A DNA stretch of 64,000 nt, taken from NCBI GenBank assembly GCA_965224085.1, contig CBDCYI010000005.1:1120001-1184000 (forward strand), read 5' to 3'. The notes under the pieces are model-generated. The model saw nothing but the letters and a program-made list of their open reading frames with translations. It ran no database searches and had not been told where the DNA came from. The stretch is from Candidatus Marinacidobacterales bacterium. Its GTDB lineage: Bacteria; Acidobacteriota; Vicinamibacteria; Marinacidobacterales; SMYC01. Numbering within the stretch: the first letter of the stretch is position 1; each line of letters begins with the position of its first letter. Of the stretch, positions 51,608 through 60,838 are shown in pieces. The position numbers and the translations under genes are program-made.

Positions 51608-53323
51608 ATGAAACGAACTCTCTCGCACTTTTTCACTCTCACGCTTCTCTGCTCGACGCATATCGTGATCGCTCTCACGAGCGACGCGGAGTGGGAGAAC
51701 GTCGAGCGCATCGTTGCGTTAGGGGATATCCACGGAGGGTATGACAACCTCGTCTCCGTCCTTCAGAATGCCGAGCTCATCGATAACAAGCTTCGCTGGA
51801 TCGGGGGCGAAGCCCACCTGGTGCAAAATGGCGACATCGTGGATCGCGGTCCGGAATCACGTAAGGCGATGGAACTCTTGATGAATCTCGAGGAAAAAGC
51901 CGAGGATGCCGGCGGACGCGTTCACGTTCTCATCGGCAATCACGAAGTGATGAACGTCGTCGGCATTCTCGACCTCGTCTCAGACAAGGAATATGCGGCT
52001 TTCGTGGACCGCGATTCGCGCAAAACGCGCGACAAGACCTTTGACCGCTTTTACGATCAAATGCGGCGCGAGGCAAAGACAAACAATGAGGACGTCCTGC
52101 CGATCGGCGAAGCGAGAAAGAAGTTCGAAGAAGACTTCCCACTCGGCTACATCGAGCACCGGCGCGCTTTCGGCAAGGATGGCCGCTATGGCCGCTGGAT
52201 CGCGACGCACAACACCGCGATCAAGATCAACGGCATTATTTTCTCGCACGGTGACTGGAGCGAGGAATTCTCGAAGCGCGAAATCGACGAAGTGAACAAG
52301 CAGGTGCGTCAGGAGCTTTCGGGTGAGCTTCCCGTCGAAGGTGGCATCATTTTCGATGTAATGTCCCCTTTACAATATCGAGGCTTTGCCAATACGAATT
52401 TGACGGTCGCGGCACAGCAAGCCGAGGAGCCGCGCATCGACCGCGCTCTCGCGAATCTCGGTGCGAGCCGCATGGTAGTCGGCCACACGCTCACGCGAGG
52501 TATGATCGAGTCGCGCTTCGGGGGAAAACACATCAGCATCGATGTCGGCATGCTCAATCTCTATCGGGGTGGCCATCGCATCGCGCTCGAGATCGAAGGC
52601 GACGAGTTCCGGGCGATCCACGATGGCGGCAAAGTCCCCATCCCGTTGAATCTCGACGAGAGCACGCTCGACGACTACGTGCGCGCTATAGCCAAAGTCG
52701 ATCCGACGAACGTCGACGTCCAGCTGAAGTTCGTCGATATGCTCGGTTGGGAAGCGCGAAGCGACGCGAGCGCTGTGATCTTGGAAAGACTATTCGAGCA
52801 AAAGCCAGACCACGTTCCCCTTCGCTACCGCGATCTTCTTGGAATCCACTACCTCAACAAAGGCGACGAGGCGAAGGCCGAAGAGCAATTCCTGCTCTAT
52901 ATCGGCAGCCTCTCCCAGCTCGTGGAGAGGAACCCGGCCAACGTCAACTTGGCCAACTTGCTCGCGCGCCTTTGCGTCGACAAAGGTCTCGAGCTCGAGC
53001 TCGCCGAGGAAACGATTCGGGACGCTGTCGCGCGGACGCCCTCGAGCGTCAATTTCCAGCTAACTCTGGCTCGCGTGCATCTCGCGAAAAATGCCTATCG
53101 CAAAGCGTTGTCCGTTTTGACGACTTTTCCGGAAGCGAGCGGCGTGGACTACGACGTGCACTATTTTACCGGGCGCGCCTATTTGGGTTTGGACGACCGT
53201 GAGAAAGCGAAAACGGCGTTCGAAAACGCTGTCGACGCCGAGCCTTCGCGTGACGAAGCGAAAAGGGAACTGAAAAAATTGGAGGGGATATCGGAGGAAC
53301 CGCCGGCCCTCGACGAAAGATGA
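51608..53323 (+). CDS. Exported Shewanella-like metallophosphoesterase with C-terminal TPRs
   Basis: Signal peptide; GDIHG, GDIVDRG, GNHE, GHT, IDVG. Confidence 0.85.
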   Translation: MKRTLSHFFTLTLLCSTHIVIALTSDAEWENVERIVALGDIHGGYDNLVSVLQNAELIDNKLRWIGGEAHLVQNGDIVDRGPESRKAMELLMNLEEKAEDAGGRVHVLIGNHEVMNVVGILDLVSDKEYAAFVDRDSRKTRDKTFDRFYDQMRREAKTNNEDVLPIGEARKKFEEDFPLGYIEHRRAFGKDGRYGRWIATHNTAIKINGIIFSHGDWSEEFSKREIDEVNKQVRQELSGELPVEGGIIFDVMSPLQYRGFANTNLTVAAQQAEEPRIDRALANLGASRMVVGHTLTRGMIESRFGGKHISIDVGMLNLYRGGHRIALEIEGDEFRAIHDGGKVPIPLNLDESTLDDYVRAIAKVDPTNVDVQLKFVDMLGWEARSDASAVILERLFEQKPDHVPLRYRDLLGIHYLNKGDEAKAEEQFLLYIGSLSQLVERNPANVNLANLLARLCVDKGLELELAEETIRDAVARTPSSVNFQLTLARVHLAKNAYRKALSVLTTFPEASGVDYDVHYFTGRAYLGLDDREKAKTAFENAVDAEPSRDEAKRELKKLEGISEEPPALDER

Positions 53324-53390
53324 GACCGCGGCCCGCCCTCGCCGCCACTATCATGGTTACGGTGGAACGGCGGGCCGAACTCTCGATGCT

Positions 53391-53690
53391 CTACTTTTTC
53401 GGCGGAACGACCGCGTCCTTGCAAGCCTTCGCGACGCGGAACTTAACGACCGTCTTCTTCGGGATCTGAATCTCCTCGCCCGTTTGAGGATTACGTCCCT
53501 TCCGCGCATTGCGGATGGACTTCACGAGCTTCCCGATACCGGGAATGACGAACTGGCCCGTTCTTTTGGTCTCCTTGACCGCCAGCGCAGCGAACTCTTC
53601 GATCCACGCGGCTGCTTGCTTCTTCGGGACCTGCATGGTCTCGGCAAACGTGGCCACGATTTGAGTCTTCGTCATTGGTTTTGTCGCCAT
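53391..53690 (-). CDS. hup: HU-family DNA-binding protein
   Basis: MTKTQIV...PGIGKL...ARKGRNPQTGEEIQIP...KF. Confidence 0.9.
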   Translation of the reverse strand: MATKPMTKTQIVATFAETMQVPKKQAAAWIEEFAALAVKETKRTGQFVIPGIGKLVKSIRNARKGRNPQTGEEIQIPKKTVVKFRVAKACKDAVVPPKK

Positions 53691-53998
53691 TCCTCAAATC
53701 TCCTTTTTCGTTTATGGGAACTTCCTAGTGGCAGCATCCTGTGACAACGTGGAGCTTGGATCGGACGTTTACGTCGCTGCGCAGCCGCCTTTCCCTCGCG
53801 CCATGAAAATTCCGTTTTGTAAAAGAAATCGACCGTTTATCAATCGCCGGCTATTCTAATCCCGTTCTTTCCATTGCGCAAGCGAGAAACGCGAAAAACC
53901 CGCTAAAAACGGTACTTTTTTGCGTTTTTTGCTCGACGTCACGCGATAAGGCCGCATGGAGCATGTCGTCGACGCTCTCGTCGCGGTGCATGAGCTCG

Positions 53999-56719
53999 TT
54001 ATCTCAATCTAGCGAGCTCCGAAGCGCTCAGCTTCGCCGCCGGTCCCTGTACGAGCGCGTTGAAGAGCAACTTGAACGCCGCCGGTGTTTGCGTTCGAAA
54101 ATCCACTTGGCTCCCGAGCGCCACGACGCTTCCTTGCCCGACGTCGAAAGCGACGACACTCGCTTGATCGCGAAGAAGCTCACCGCCGAGAAGCCATCCG
54201 CTTGCGACGAGGTCCTCTTCGTCTGGATATTTGGACACAACCTCGGACGGAATTTCGAAATCGGGCTTGAGGCGATAGGCCTGATCGTGGCGGAAGAAAA
54301 CGGGCCAGCGCTCCGGCATGCCGAAGGCGATCGGATGGTTCGGGTTGTATTCTTGCTCCAGCAGCGACCCGGGGCAGTAGAAAACAGAAGTCGGATCGAC
54401 GACCCGGCCTTCGATCGCTTTGATGAGCTGCGCCGGGCTCTCGAAAGCCTCCTTGAACATGCGATCCGCTTCGCGTGCGGAGACCGAAGGGCGCGGGTCG
54501 GCGGGCTCCGGCCCACGTCGGCGGCGACGAGGTGCCTCCGGAAGAACGGGCTCGATAGGCAGGTCGAGCAGATCGCGGGCGGTTGCGACGGCGTTTCCTA
54601 TCGCGACGAGGGTGCCGCCATTTTTTACGAACTGACCGAGACGCTTCCAACCGGCTCGACCGATCCCATAGGCCCATCGCCACTCCTCGGAATGGCGAGA
54701 CGGCGATAATCCGTTTACCATTCGCTGCTTGGTCGTTCCCGCCGGCAGCAGAATGACGTCATATTTCTCCGCGAGGTCCGCTTCGAAATCCGTCGAGGAC
54801 ATGACCGCGTGATCGAACTCGTATTGTTCGAGCAGCCACATGAGCCAACCGGCCGGCATGTTGTTGGCGGCCCTGTAGAGACCGACTCGCGTCGGGCGCT
54901 TCATGCGAAAGCCTTCGACCCGCGCCGCCCGATCCGAGGCCAACACGGGAAGGCCGGTCTCCTTCGCGACCGACTCGAGAACGGACAGGGCTTTGCCGGT
55001 CGGAGGCACGAGCCAGGCGCCCGGGGCAACGATCTCGCCGGACAGCTCGAGCTCCGACCCCGCACGAAAGACCGGGACCCCTTCTTTCGAGAAACGATTG
55101 AGCGCGAGAAATCCGGCGTTCGAATCCGGCGGGACGACGTAGGCCCATTTGGGCCGGCCCGGCATCGGTAAGAGCGCCGGCTCCACTTTGTCGACGCTCG
55201 TAGTCGAAACGCGTAGCGGCTCGTCAATCTGCTCAACGGTAACACCCATCAAGTATCCGAGCGTATGCGCGGTCACGTCATAGGGAGGAATGGGCGGTCC
55301 GCCAGGGTAGTAGCGGAGATCGGGATATTCCTGCACTTCGAGCATCGTTTTTGCGAAAGCGCCGTAGGGTTGGTCGAGGGGAATAACCCAAGAGCCCTCC
55401 GGAAAGTCCCTTCCGTCCGCGTGGAAGGGCGAGCTCGCCCGATGAATCTCGACCTCGCCCGTGTCCAAGATGTCGAGCAATAGGAGCGTCGCGTAGGGAT
55501 CACGCTGCTCGTTCGGAATAACGAAGGCAAAAGGCGGCTCGTCGTGCTCCACCCAGTCGCGATGGATGTTGTAGAAGTTCTCGAGCCATGTTGTGCGATA
55601 TTTCGCGAGATGGGTGAGGCCTCCGAAAACGGCCGTGATGCCGTAATCCACGATCTGTCTGAGCCGCCATTCCGTTTCCGTATAAGGCCGCGGGAAGTTC
55701 CACCGTTTCTGTTGAGGGCCGAGCGGTTGGCCGTTCGGGCTCACAAAGGGGTCGGCGATATTAGCACTCGCGATCTCGGTGAGGATGCGCGGCTGGCCAT
55801 GATAGACCATGTATTGGCGCGCCGGCGTCCAGAGATCGTATTGGGTGTCGTAAGTGACGCCGTCTTTGCCGGCCGCGATGAGAGCGCCCGCCATCGCTAG
55901 ACCGAGCTGCGCTTGTTCTTCCACGATCAAAGGATGAATGTTTCCATCATAGGGGTCCTTGAACGGCGGAACGAAAATGCGGGCGCCCGTCGGGCCCATC
56001 TGATGCATGTCGTGCGTGACCGTCGGCTTGTAGACGTTTTGCACTTTCTCCAAATTGAGGCGCGTCTCGACTTGCGTGAACATGAACCAGTCGCGGTTGT
56101 CATCGTGGCCGACATATTTGTGATAGAGGTCCGGATAGACGCGGTCGTAGGGCGTATCTTTCGTTTCGTACCAGTGGTCGATGACCATCACCTGACCGTC
56201 CGGATTTTGGGAAGGGACGTAGAGAAGAACGGTGTTGTCGAGGATCTCCTGGATCTTTTTGGAGTCCTCGGTGGCTAAACGATGGACGATGAGCGGCACC
56301 GCTTGCCCGTTGCCGACTTCCGTCGAGTGGATCGTGGCGTAGAGGAAGTAGAACGGACGACCTTCTTCCGCCAGAGCCATCGCCTCGCTCTCGTCTAGAC
56401 CTCGAGGATCCGCCAAGCGCCGGTTGATCTCGACGAGGCGATCGAGACGGGCCAGGTTCTCCGGCGAGCTGATCTTGAGGAGCACATAAGGGTTGCCTTC
56501 GGTCGTCTTTCCGAGCTCCTCGTAGAGCACCCGATCCGATTCCCCCGCCACGTGCTGCAAATATTCGAGCACTTTGGGATAGCGGGCCATCTCGCCGTCC
56601 GTACCGAGACGAAATCCAAAGAACTCTTCGGGCTCCTGGATGGATTGTGCGGCGGCGGTAACGCTCATTACCGTCATCGCGATAGCCGAGAGCGCGAAAG
56701 AGCGAGCTATGCGGGACAT
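53999..56719 (-). CDS. Secreted M14 zinc carboxypeptidase-family protein
   Basis: Signal peptide, IHSTE, NPDG, DDNRD, DMHQM. Confidence 0.85.
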   Translation of the reverse strand: MSRIARSFALSAIAMTVMSVTAAAQSIQEPEEFFGFRLGTDGEMARYPKVLEYLQHVAGESDRVLYEELGKTTEGNPYVLLKISSPENLARLDRLVEINRRLADPRGLDESEAMALAEEGRPFYFLYATIHSTEVGNGQAVPLIVHRLATEDSKKIQEILDNTVLLYVPSQNPDGQVMVIDHWYETKDTPYDRVYPDLYHKYVGHDDNRDWFMFTQVETRLNLEKVQNVYKPTVTHDMHQMGPTGARIFVPPFKDPYDGNIHPLIVEEQAQLGLAMAGALIAAGKDGVTYDTQYDLWTPARQYMVYHGQPRILTEIASANIADPFVSPNGQPLGPQQKRWNFPRPYTETEWRLRQIVDYGITAVFGGLTHLAKYRTTWLENFYNIHRDWVEHDEPPFAFVIPNEQRDPYATLLLLDILDTGEVEIHRASSPFHADGRDFPEGSWVIPLDQPYGAFAKTMLEVQEYPDLRYYPGGPPIPPYDVTAHTLGYLMGVTVEQIDEPLRVSTTSVDKVEPALLPMPGRPKWAYVVPPDSNAGFLALNRFSKEGVPVFRAGSELELSGEIVAPGAWLVPPTGKALSVLESVAKETGLPVLASDRAARVEGFRMKRPTRVGLYRAANNMPAGWLMWLLEQYEFDHAVMSSTDFEADLAEKYDVILLPAGTTKQRMVNGLSPSRHSEEWRWAYGIGRAGWKRLGQFVKNGGTLVAIGNAVATARDLLDLPIEPVLPEAPRRRRRGPEPADPRPSVSAREADRMFKEAFESPAQLIKAIEGRVVDPTSVFYCPGSLLEQEYNPNHPIAFGMPERWPVFFRHDQAYRLKPDFEIPSEVVSKYPDEEDLVASGWLLGGELLRDQASVVAFDVGQGSVVALGSQVDFRTQTPAAFKLLFNALVQGPAAKLSASELARLR

Positions 56720-56891
56720 AGGGCGGTCTCCTCGTCACGAATGTGGACGCTATGGGTCGACAGCATATTTCGACCAGCACCGAAAATCAACGCCCGGCAG
56801 GAACCCTCCGCCGCAGGAAAAAGCCATTGCATCAACGTTAGGCTTGCTAGAATGTGTCGTTCTCAATGAACAAAAGGGACAAAGGAGGAGC

Positions 56892-57581
56892 ATGGCAAGC
56901 TTGCAAGAACGTCAAAACGCGCATCACAACGTTCTACGCCATTTCGTCGAAAAGGGCCACGCGCCACTCTACACAAAATTGGCGGAAACACTCAGCGTCG
57001 CCCCCGATACCGCGAGGCGGCTTCTGCGCGAGACCACGGTCGAAAGCCCTTTCTCGTTCGCTTGGCTCACGCCGGACACCGACTTCGTAGGCGCATGGGC
57101 ACCTTTTTCCAACCTTCCGAGCCATAACGCTATCAGCGTCGAGGGGGTCCAGAAATGGTATGGCCAGTGAGGGATCGAAGCGCTGGCCGTGAGCCAGCTC
57201 TTCCCCGGTAAAGAGGTCACGATCGACACCCGCTGCTTGGAATCAGGCGACCCCATTCGGATCCGCATGCGCGACTCGGACGTGCTGGAGGTCACTCCCG
57301 AGACCGCCGTCGCCCACGCCAATGTCATGATGGATAAATGGGGCCAGCCCTCGTGGGCGTTCACGTGAGCTCGCATGAATCTCTTCCGGTCGGAAGAGAG
57401 CGTGCGCGCGTGGGCGGATTTCGACCCCCAGACGGACAAAGCCATCAAACCCGTCCGCGAGTGGGCGGGGATGGTGACGGGAGCGCGTGTGTTTCAAAAG
57501 CGGCTCGAGAACGACTTCGTCGAGAAGAGCGAAGAATACGCCACCGAAGCCCTGGGAGCACTCGGCAACGCCTTGAGCTGA
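56892..57581 (+). CDS. MerB-like (alkylmercury lyase fold) protein with two selenocysteines (229 aa; U93, U159)
   Basis: AGGAGG RBS; one frame through TGA 57168 and TGA 57366: PFSNLPS...WYGQ-U-GIEAL...TRCLESGDPI...AFT-U-ARMNLFRSEESVRAW. Confidence 0.85.
57182..57198 (+). promoter_or_regulatory. Candidate SECIS 1 of the MerB-like gene
   Basis: GCTGGC-CGTGA-GCCAGC 11 nt after the TGA, extended by GAAG/CTTC. Confidence 0.65.
57380..57399 (+). promoter_or_regulatory. Candidate SECIS 2 of the MerB-like gene
   Basis: TCTCTTCC-GGTC-GGAAGAGA 11 nt after the TGA. Confidence 0.75.
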
Positions 57582-57646
57582 CGAAAGCGCCGCGATGACG
57601 CTCTTCGCCTATATCTTCGGTTGGGGTGCTCGATCGGCACAGACAG

Positions 57647-60600
57647 CTAGCGCCGCCCGAGTAGCTGTTCTACGGTTAGCAACCTGCCGTTGACGATCAC
57701 GACCTCCGTCGTCCTCAAGTTCTTGATGTCGTCGGTCGGATCACCCGCGAGAAGCACGAGGTCGGCGATTTTGCCCTCTTCCACCGTACCCAACTCGTCG
57801 TCAGCGCCCAAAGCCTCGGCGGCCCGTCCGGTCGCGCTCCGTATCGCTTCGATCGGACCGAGCCCCGCCTCAGAAAGCTGCTCGATCTCGAGGAGCAGGC
57901 TGAACCCGTAAGGAATGAGGGGCGAGTCGGTGCCGACGATGATCCGCGCGCCGCGCTCGCCGAGAGCGTCGACAGTGCTAAAAATTGGCGCCATGATGGA
58001 AAAGGATGCTTGCACGTCACCCGGAGGGGAGGCGGCCAGGAAACGGTTTTTGGACCACGGAGGGAACAGTACGACGAATCGCTCATCTTCTAAAAGATTA
58101 GGCTCGCGCGCGCGTGCGAGGCTAAAGCCGCCATAGATTAGAACCGTCGGTGTGTAGTAAACGCCCGAGCGCGCCACAATCTCGATAACGTCGTCATAGC
58201 TCCGTCTCAGAGCGGTGAGCTTGGGCGAAAAGCCGCGCCTCGACGTCCCAGCGACATGCTCGATGCCGTCGACACCATAGGCCACGGCCGGGTAGAGCTC
58301 ATGCGAAGTCACGTAGAATCCTTGACGGTGCGCTTCCTCGATCACGAGCTTCTGCAGAGGGTCGGGCAAACGGACATAGGTTTTGATCAAATCGTATTGA
58401 AGATCGAAAGCCCGCTGCATTTCTTGCGCGAGCTCCTCGACGTCACCGATGGCGTGGGCACCCGTGTAGTAGATGCGGTCGCCGTCGATCGTACCCCCCG
58501 TGAAAAAAACCCGCGGTCCGACGCGTCGGTTGGACAGGATGGACTCCCGTTCCTCGAGCACCCGATAAGGGGAGTCAGCGGGCGTGCGCATCGACGTGAT
58601 GCCGTAAGAGAGCCAAACTTTGCCATGGCGCGATCCCCAAGCGGGAAGGCTCAAATGCGTGTGCATTTCGATAAGACCGGGAATGAGCGTCCGGCCGTTC
58701 CCCTCGACGGCCCGCAAATCCTCGCTGACGATCCGCCCAGTGGGGCCGATGCTCTCGATCCGATTCCCGCCGATGAGCACGTCCTGGTGCTCACGGGGAG
58801 GCGCTCCAGTTCCATCGATGATGGTGACGTCGCGCAGCAATAGTTGGCCACGCGCGGCAGGAATCTCATATTGCAGATCGAGCTCGATGCGCTCGGGCCG
58901 ACCTCCATCGAGACCGACACGCTTCAGCCCGGTCGGCGTAACGAAGAGAATCCTTTGGCTGTCAGAAAACCAACTCGGAAAGTCGACCGCCTCCCCCGCG
59001 ATTTGGCGCGGAGCGCCGCTCGGCGTGCCATCGGCGGACACCGGCAGGACCCACAACCCGCCATCCATCGCGAAAGCGAGCAACCTGCCGTCCGGGCTCC
59101 ACACCGGTCCGTCGGCGTCGCGAGCTCCGGTACTCCGATCGATCTCGTCGAGAAGACGCGACGCGCGTGTTCGCGTGTTCACGACGAGGATGCGGTTGTA
59201 GCCTTCGCGAAAGCGGGTTGATAGCGGGACGTGCACGCTCAGCGCAACGTGGATGCTATCGCTCGACCAGGTCGGCTGGCTCACGCCTCGGCGCGCCTCG
59301 GTCAGCACTTCGTTTGTGCCGGACTCGACCGACAGCACGTGCAGCCGCGCATGTTCGTCCACATAGGCGATGTGAGTTCCGTCGGGCGACCACGCGGGAG
59401 CAAGCTCCGCGCCCACATCCGTCGTGAGGCGTCGGCCGCCGTCTGAGAGCGGGCTATCGACATCTTTGACCCACAGATCCATCGTGCCGCCGCGATCGGA
59501 GCTGTAGACGATCGAGCGTGAATCGGGCGACCAGAATGGATCGCTGTCGAGGTACTCGTCGCGAGTGAGTGCTATAGGCACCCCACCCGAAGGAGACACG
59601 GTCCAGAGGTCTCCCAAAGCCGCGAACGCGATCTTCGAGCCGTCCCACGCGAGGACGGGGCGCACGAGGCCTCGAACCAGAGCGGTCGCGCCATCACGGA
59701 TCTCGACTTTCCGTCTTTCGTAGGCGGGGCGGTCGAGCGTCACCGGAACCTCGAAAGGGACCGCGCTTGGCGCGCTCCCCACAGCGGCGAGATCCTGCCG
59801 CCACAACTGGCCCGCCGCGGTGTAAACGAGCGCCGAGGCACTCACCCATTCCGCGCGAAACGGGAATACGTCCTCCAGGCCATCGACATCCTCCACGCTA
59901 CCTACGCCGTCGCCGCTAGTGAGCACGAGCACGAGGCGGCTCGCGACCGGAGCGTCGCCCATAGCATCGGCGCTCGCGGAGCCGATGTCGAGCACACGCA
60001 ACGCAATGCGGGTGCCATCCGGGCTATAGGATGGAGAGGCAATCGGCTGCTCGAAGACGAGGAGCAGAACCGGCGGCAGGGCAGGCTTCTCCGGGCTCAG
60101 GCCGAGCTCGTACAGTGCCATCCCGCCCTCCGAACGCTCCGAAACGAAAACGAGCGCGTCCCCGTTAGGCGACCACGCGGGCATATAATCGCTCGCTCCG
60201 TCCGTCGTCAGCTGGGTCAGCTCGCGGGTCTCGAGCTCGAGAATCCAAATGTCATAGTTTCCCGCGCGGTCCGACGAGAAAGCCACCCGGGTGCCGTCCG
60301 GAGAGAAGACAGGTTCGCGATCGTCGAAGCGACTCGCCGTGAGAGCCGTGAGGTTGGCGCCATCTACCCCCGCCGTATCGATCGTCCAGATGTCCCACGT
60401 CCCGTTGCGGAAGGACTGGAAGACGAGTCGCATCCCGTCGCTCGAGAAATGAGGCAGGCGATCATCACCGAGGCCGTCCGTCATCGCCGTGGCCGGTCCG
60501 CCCTCGGCGGGAAGACGCCAAAGCGTTCCCTGAAGGTCAAGGACGAAGCTGCCGTCCGCGGGAGAGAGCGCGGCCGCAAAGTTGGTCCCTTCGCGCAAAA

Positions 60601-60691
60601 CGAGATCCGTCTTCTCCGCCCGCGCGGAGCCAAGCAGGATCGAACCAAACAGGACCACGAGCCCGAAGGTCCGCATACCGCGTGAGATCAT
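57647..60691 (-). CDS. Secreted amidohydrolase with TolB/PD40 beta-propeller repeats
   Basis: PxWSPDG repeats, PGLIEMHTH, GIEH, GTD, GKIADLV. Confidence 0.85.
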   Translation of the reverse strand: MISRGMRTFGLVVLFGSILLGSARAEKTDLVLREGTNFAAALSPADGSFVLDLQGTLWRLPAEGGPATAMTDGLGDDRLPHFSSDGMRLVFQSFRNGTWDIWTIDTAGVDGANLTALTASRFDDREPVFSPDGTRVAFSSDRAGNYDIWILELETRELTQLTTDGASDYMPAWSPNGDALVFVSERSEGGMALYELGLSPEKPALPPVLLLVFEQPIASPSYSPDGTRIALRVLDIGSASADAMGDAPVASRLVLVLTSGDGVGSVEDVDGLEDVFPFRAEWVSASALVYTAAGQLWRQDLAAVGSAPSAVPFEVPVTLDRPAYERRKVEIRDGATALVRGLVRPVLAWDGSKIAFAALGDLWTVSPSGGVPIALTRDEYLDSDPFWSPDSRSIVYSSDRGGTMDLWVKDVDSPLSDGGRRLTTDVGAELAPAWSPDGTHIAYVDEHARLHVLSVESGTNEVLTEARRGVSQPTWSSDSIHVALSVHVPLSTRFREGYNRILVVNTRTRASRLLDEIDRSTGARDADGPVWSPDGRLLAFAMDGGLWVLPVSADGTPSGAPRQIAGEAVDFPSWFSDSQRILFVTPTGLKRVGLDGGRPERIELDLQYEIPAARGQLLLRDVTIIDGTGAPPREHQDVLIGGNRIESIGPTGRIVSEDLRAVEGNGRTLIPGLIEMHTHLSLPAWGSRHGKVWLSYGITSMRTPADSPYRVLEERESILSNRRVGPRVFFTGGTIDGDRIYYTGAHAIGDVEELAQEMQRAFDLQYDLIKTYVRLPDPLQKLVIEEAHRQGFYVTSHELYPAVAYGVDGIEHVAGTSRRGFSPKLTALRRSYDDVIEIVARSGVYYTPTVLIYGGFSLARAREPNLLEDERFVVLFPPWSKNRFLAASPPGDVQASFSIMAPIFSTVDALGERGARIIVGTDSPLIPYGFSLLLEIEQLSEAGLGPIEAIRSATGRAAEALGADDELGTVEEGKIADLVLLAGDPTDDIKNLRTTEVVIVNGRLLTVEQLLGRR

Positions 60692-60838
60692 CCCACCTCC
60701 TCCGAGAGAAGCTACCACAGCGGGGCGAAGCGCACCAAAATCTCACCGCCAAACCTCTGCGCTGCGGTTAGATCCAATCAAGGCAGCATGAATGGTAGAG
60801 CGGTTGCGCTTGCACGAACGACACCTTAAGGTTCGACC

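Noticed and set aside
57579-57581. Third Sec codon in the MerB-like gene
   Set aside because: No hairpin at +11 and the length already matches MerB; treated as a true stop
56892-57581. Mercury-resistance (mer) operon
   Set aside because: No merR, merA, merT or merP in the window
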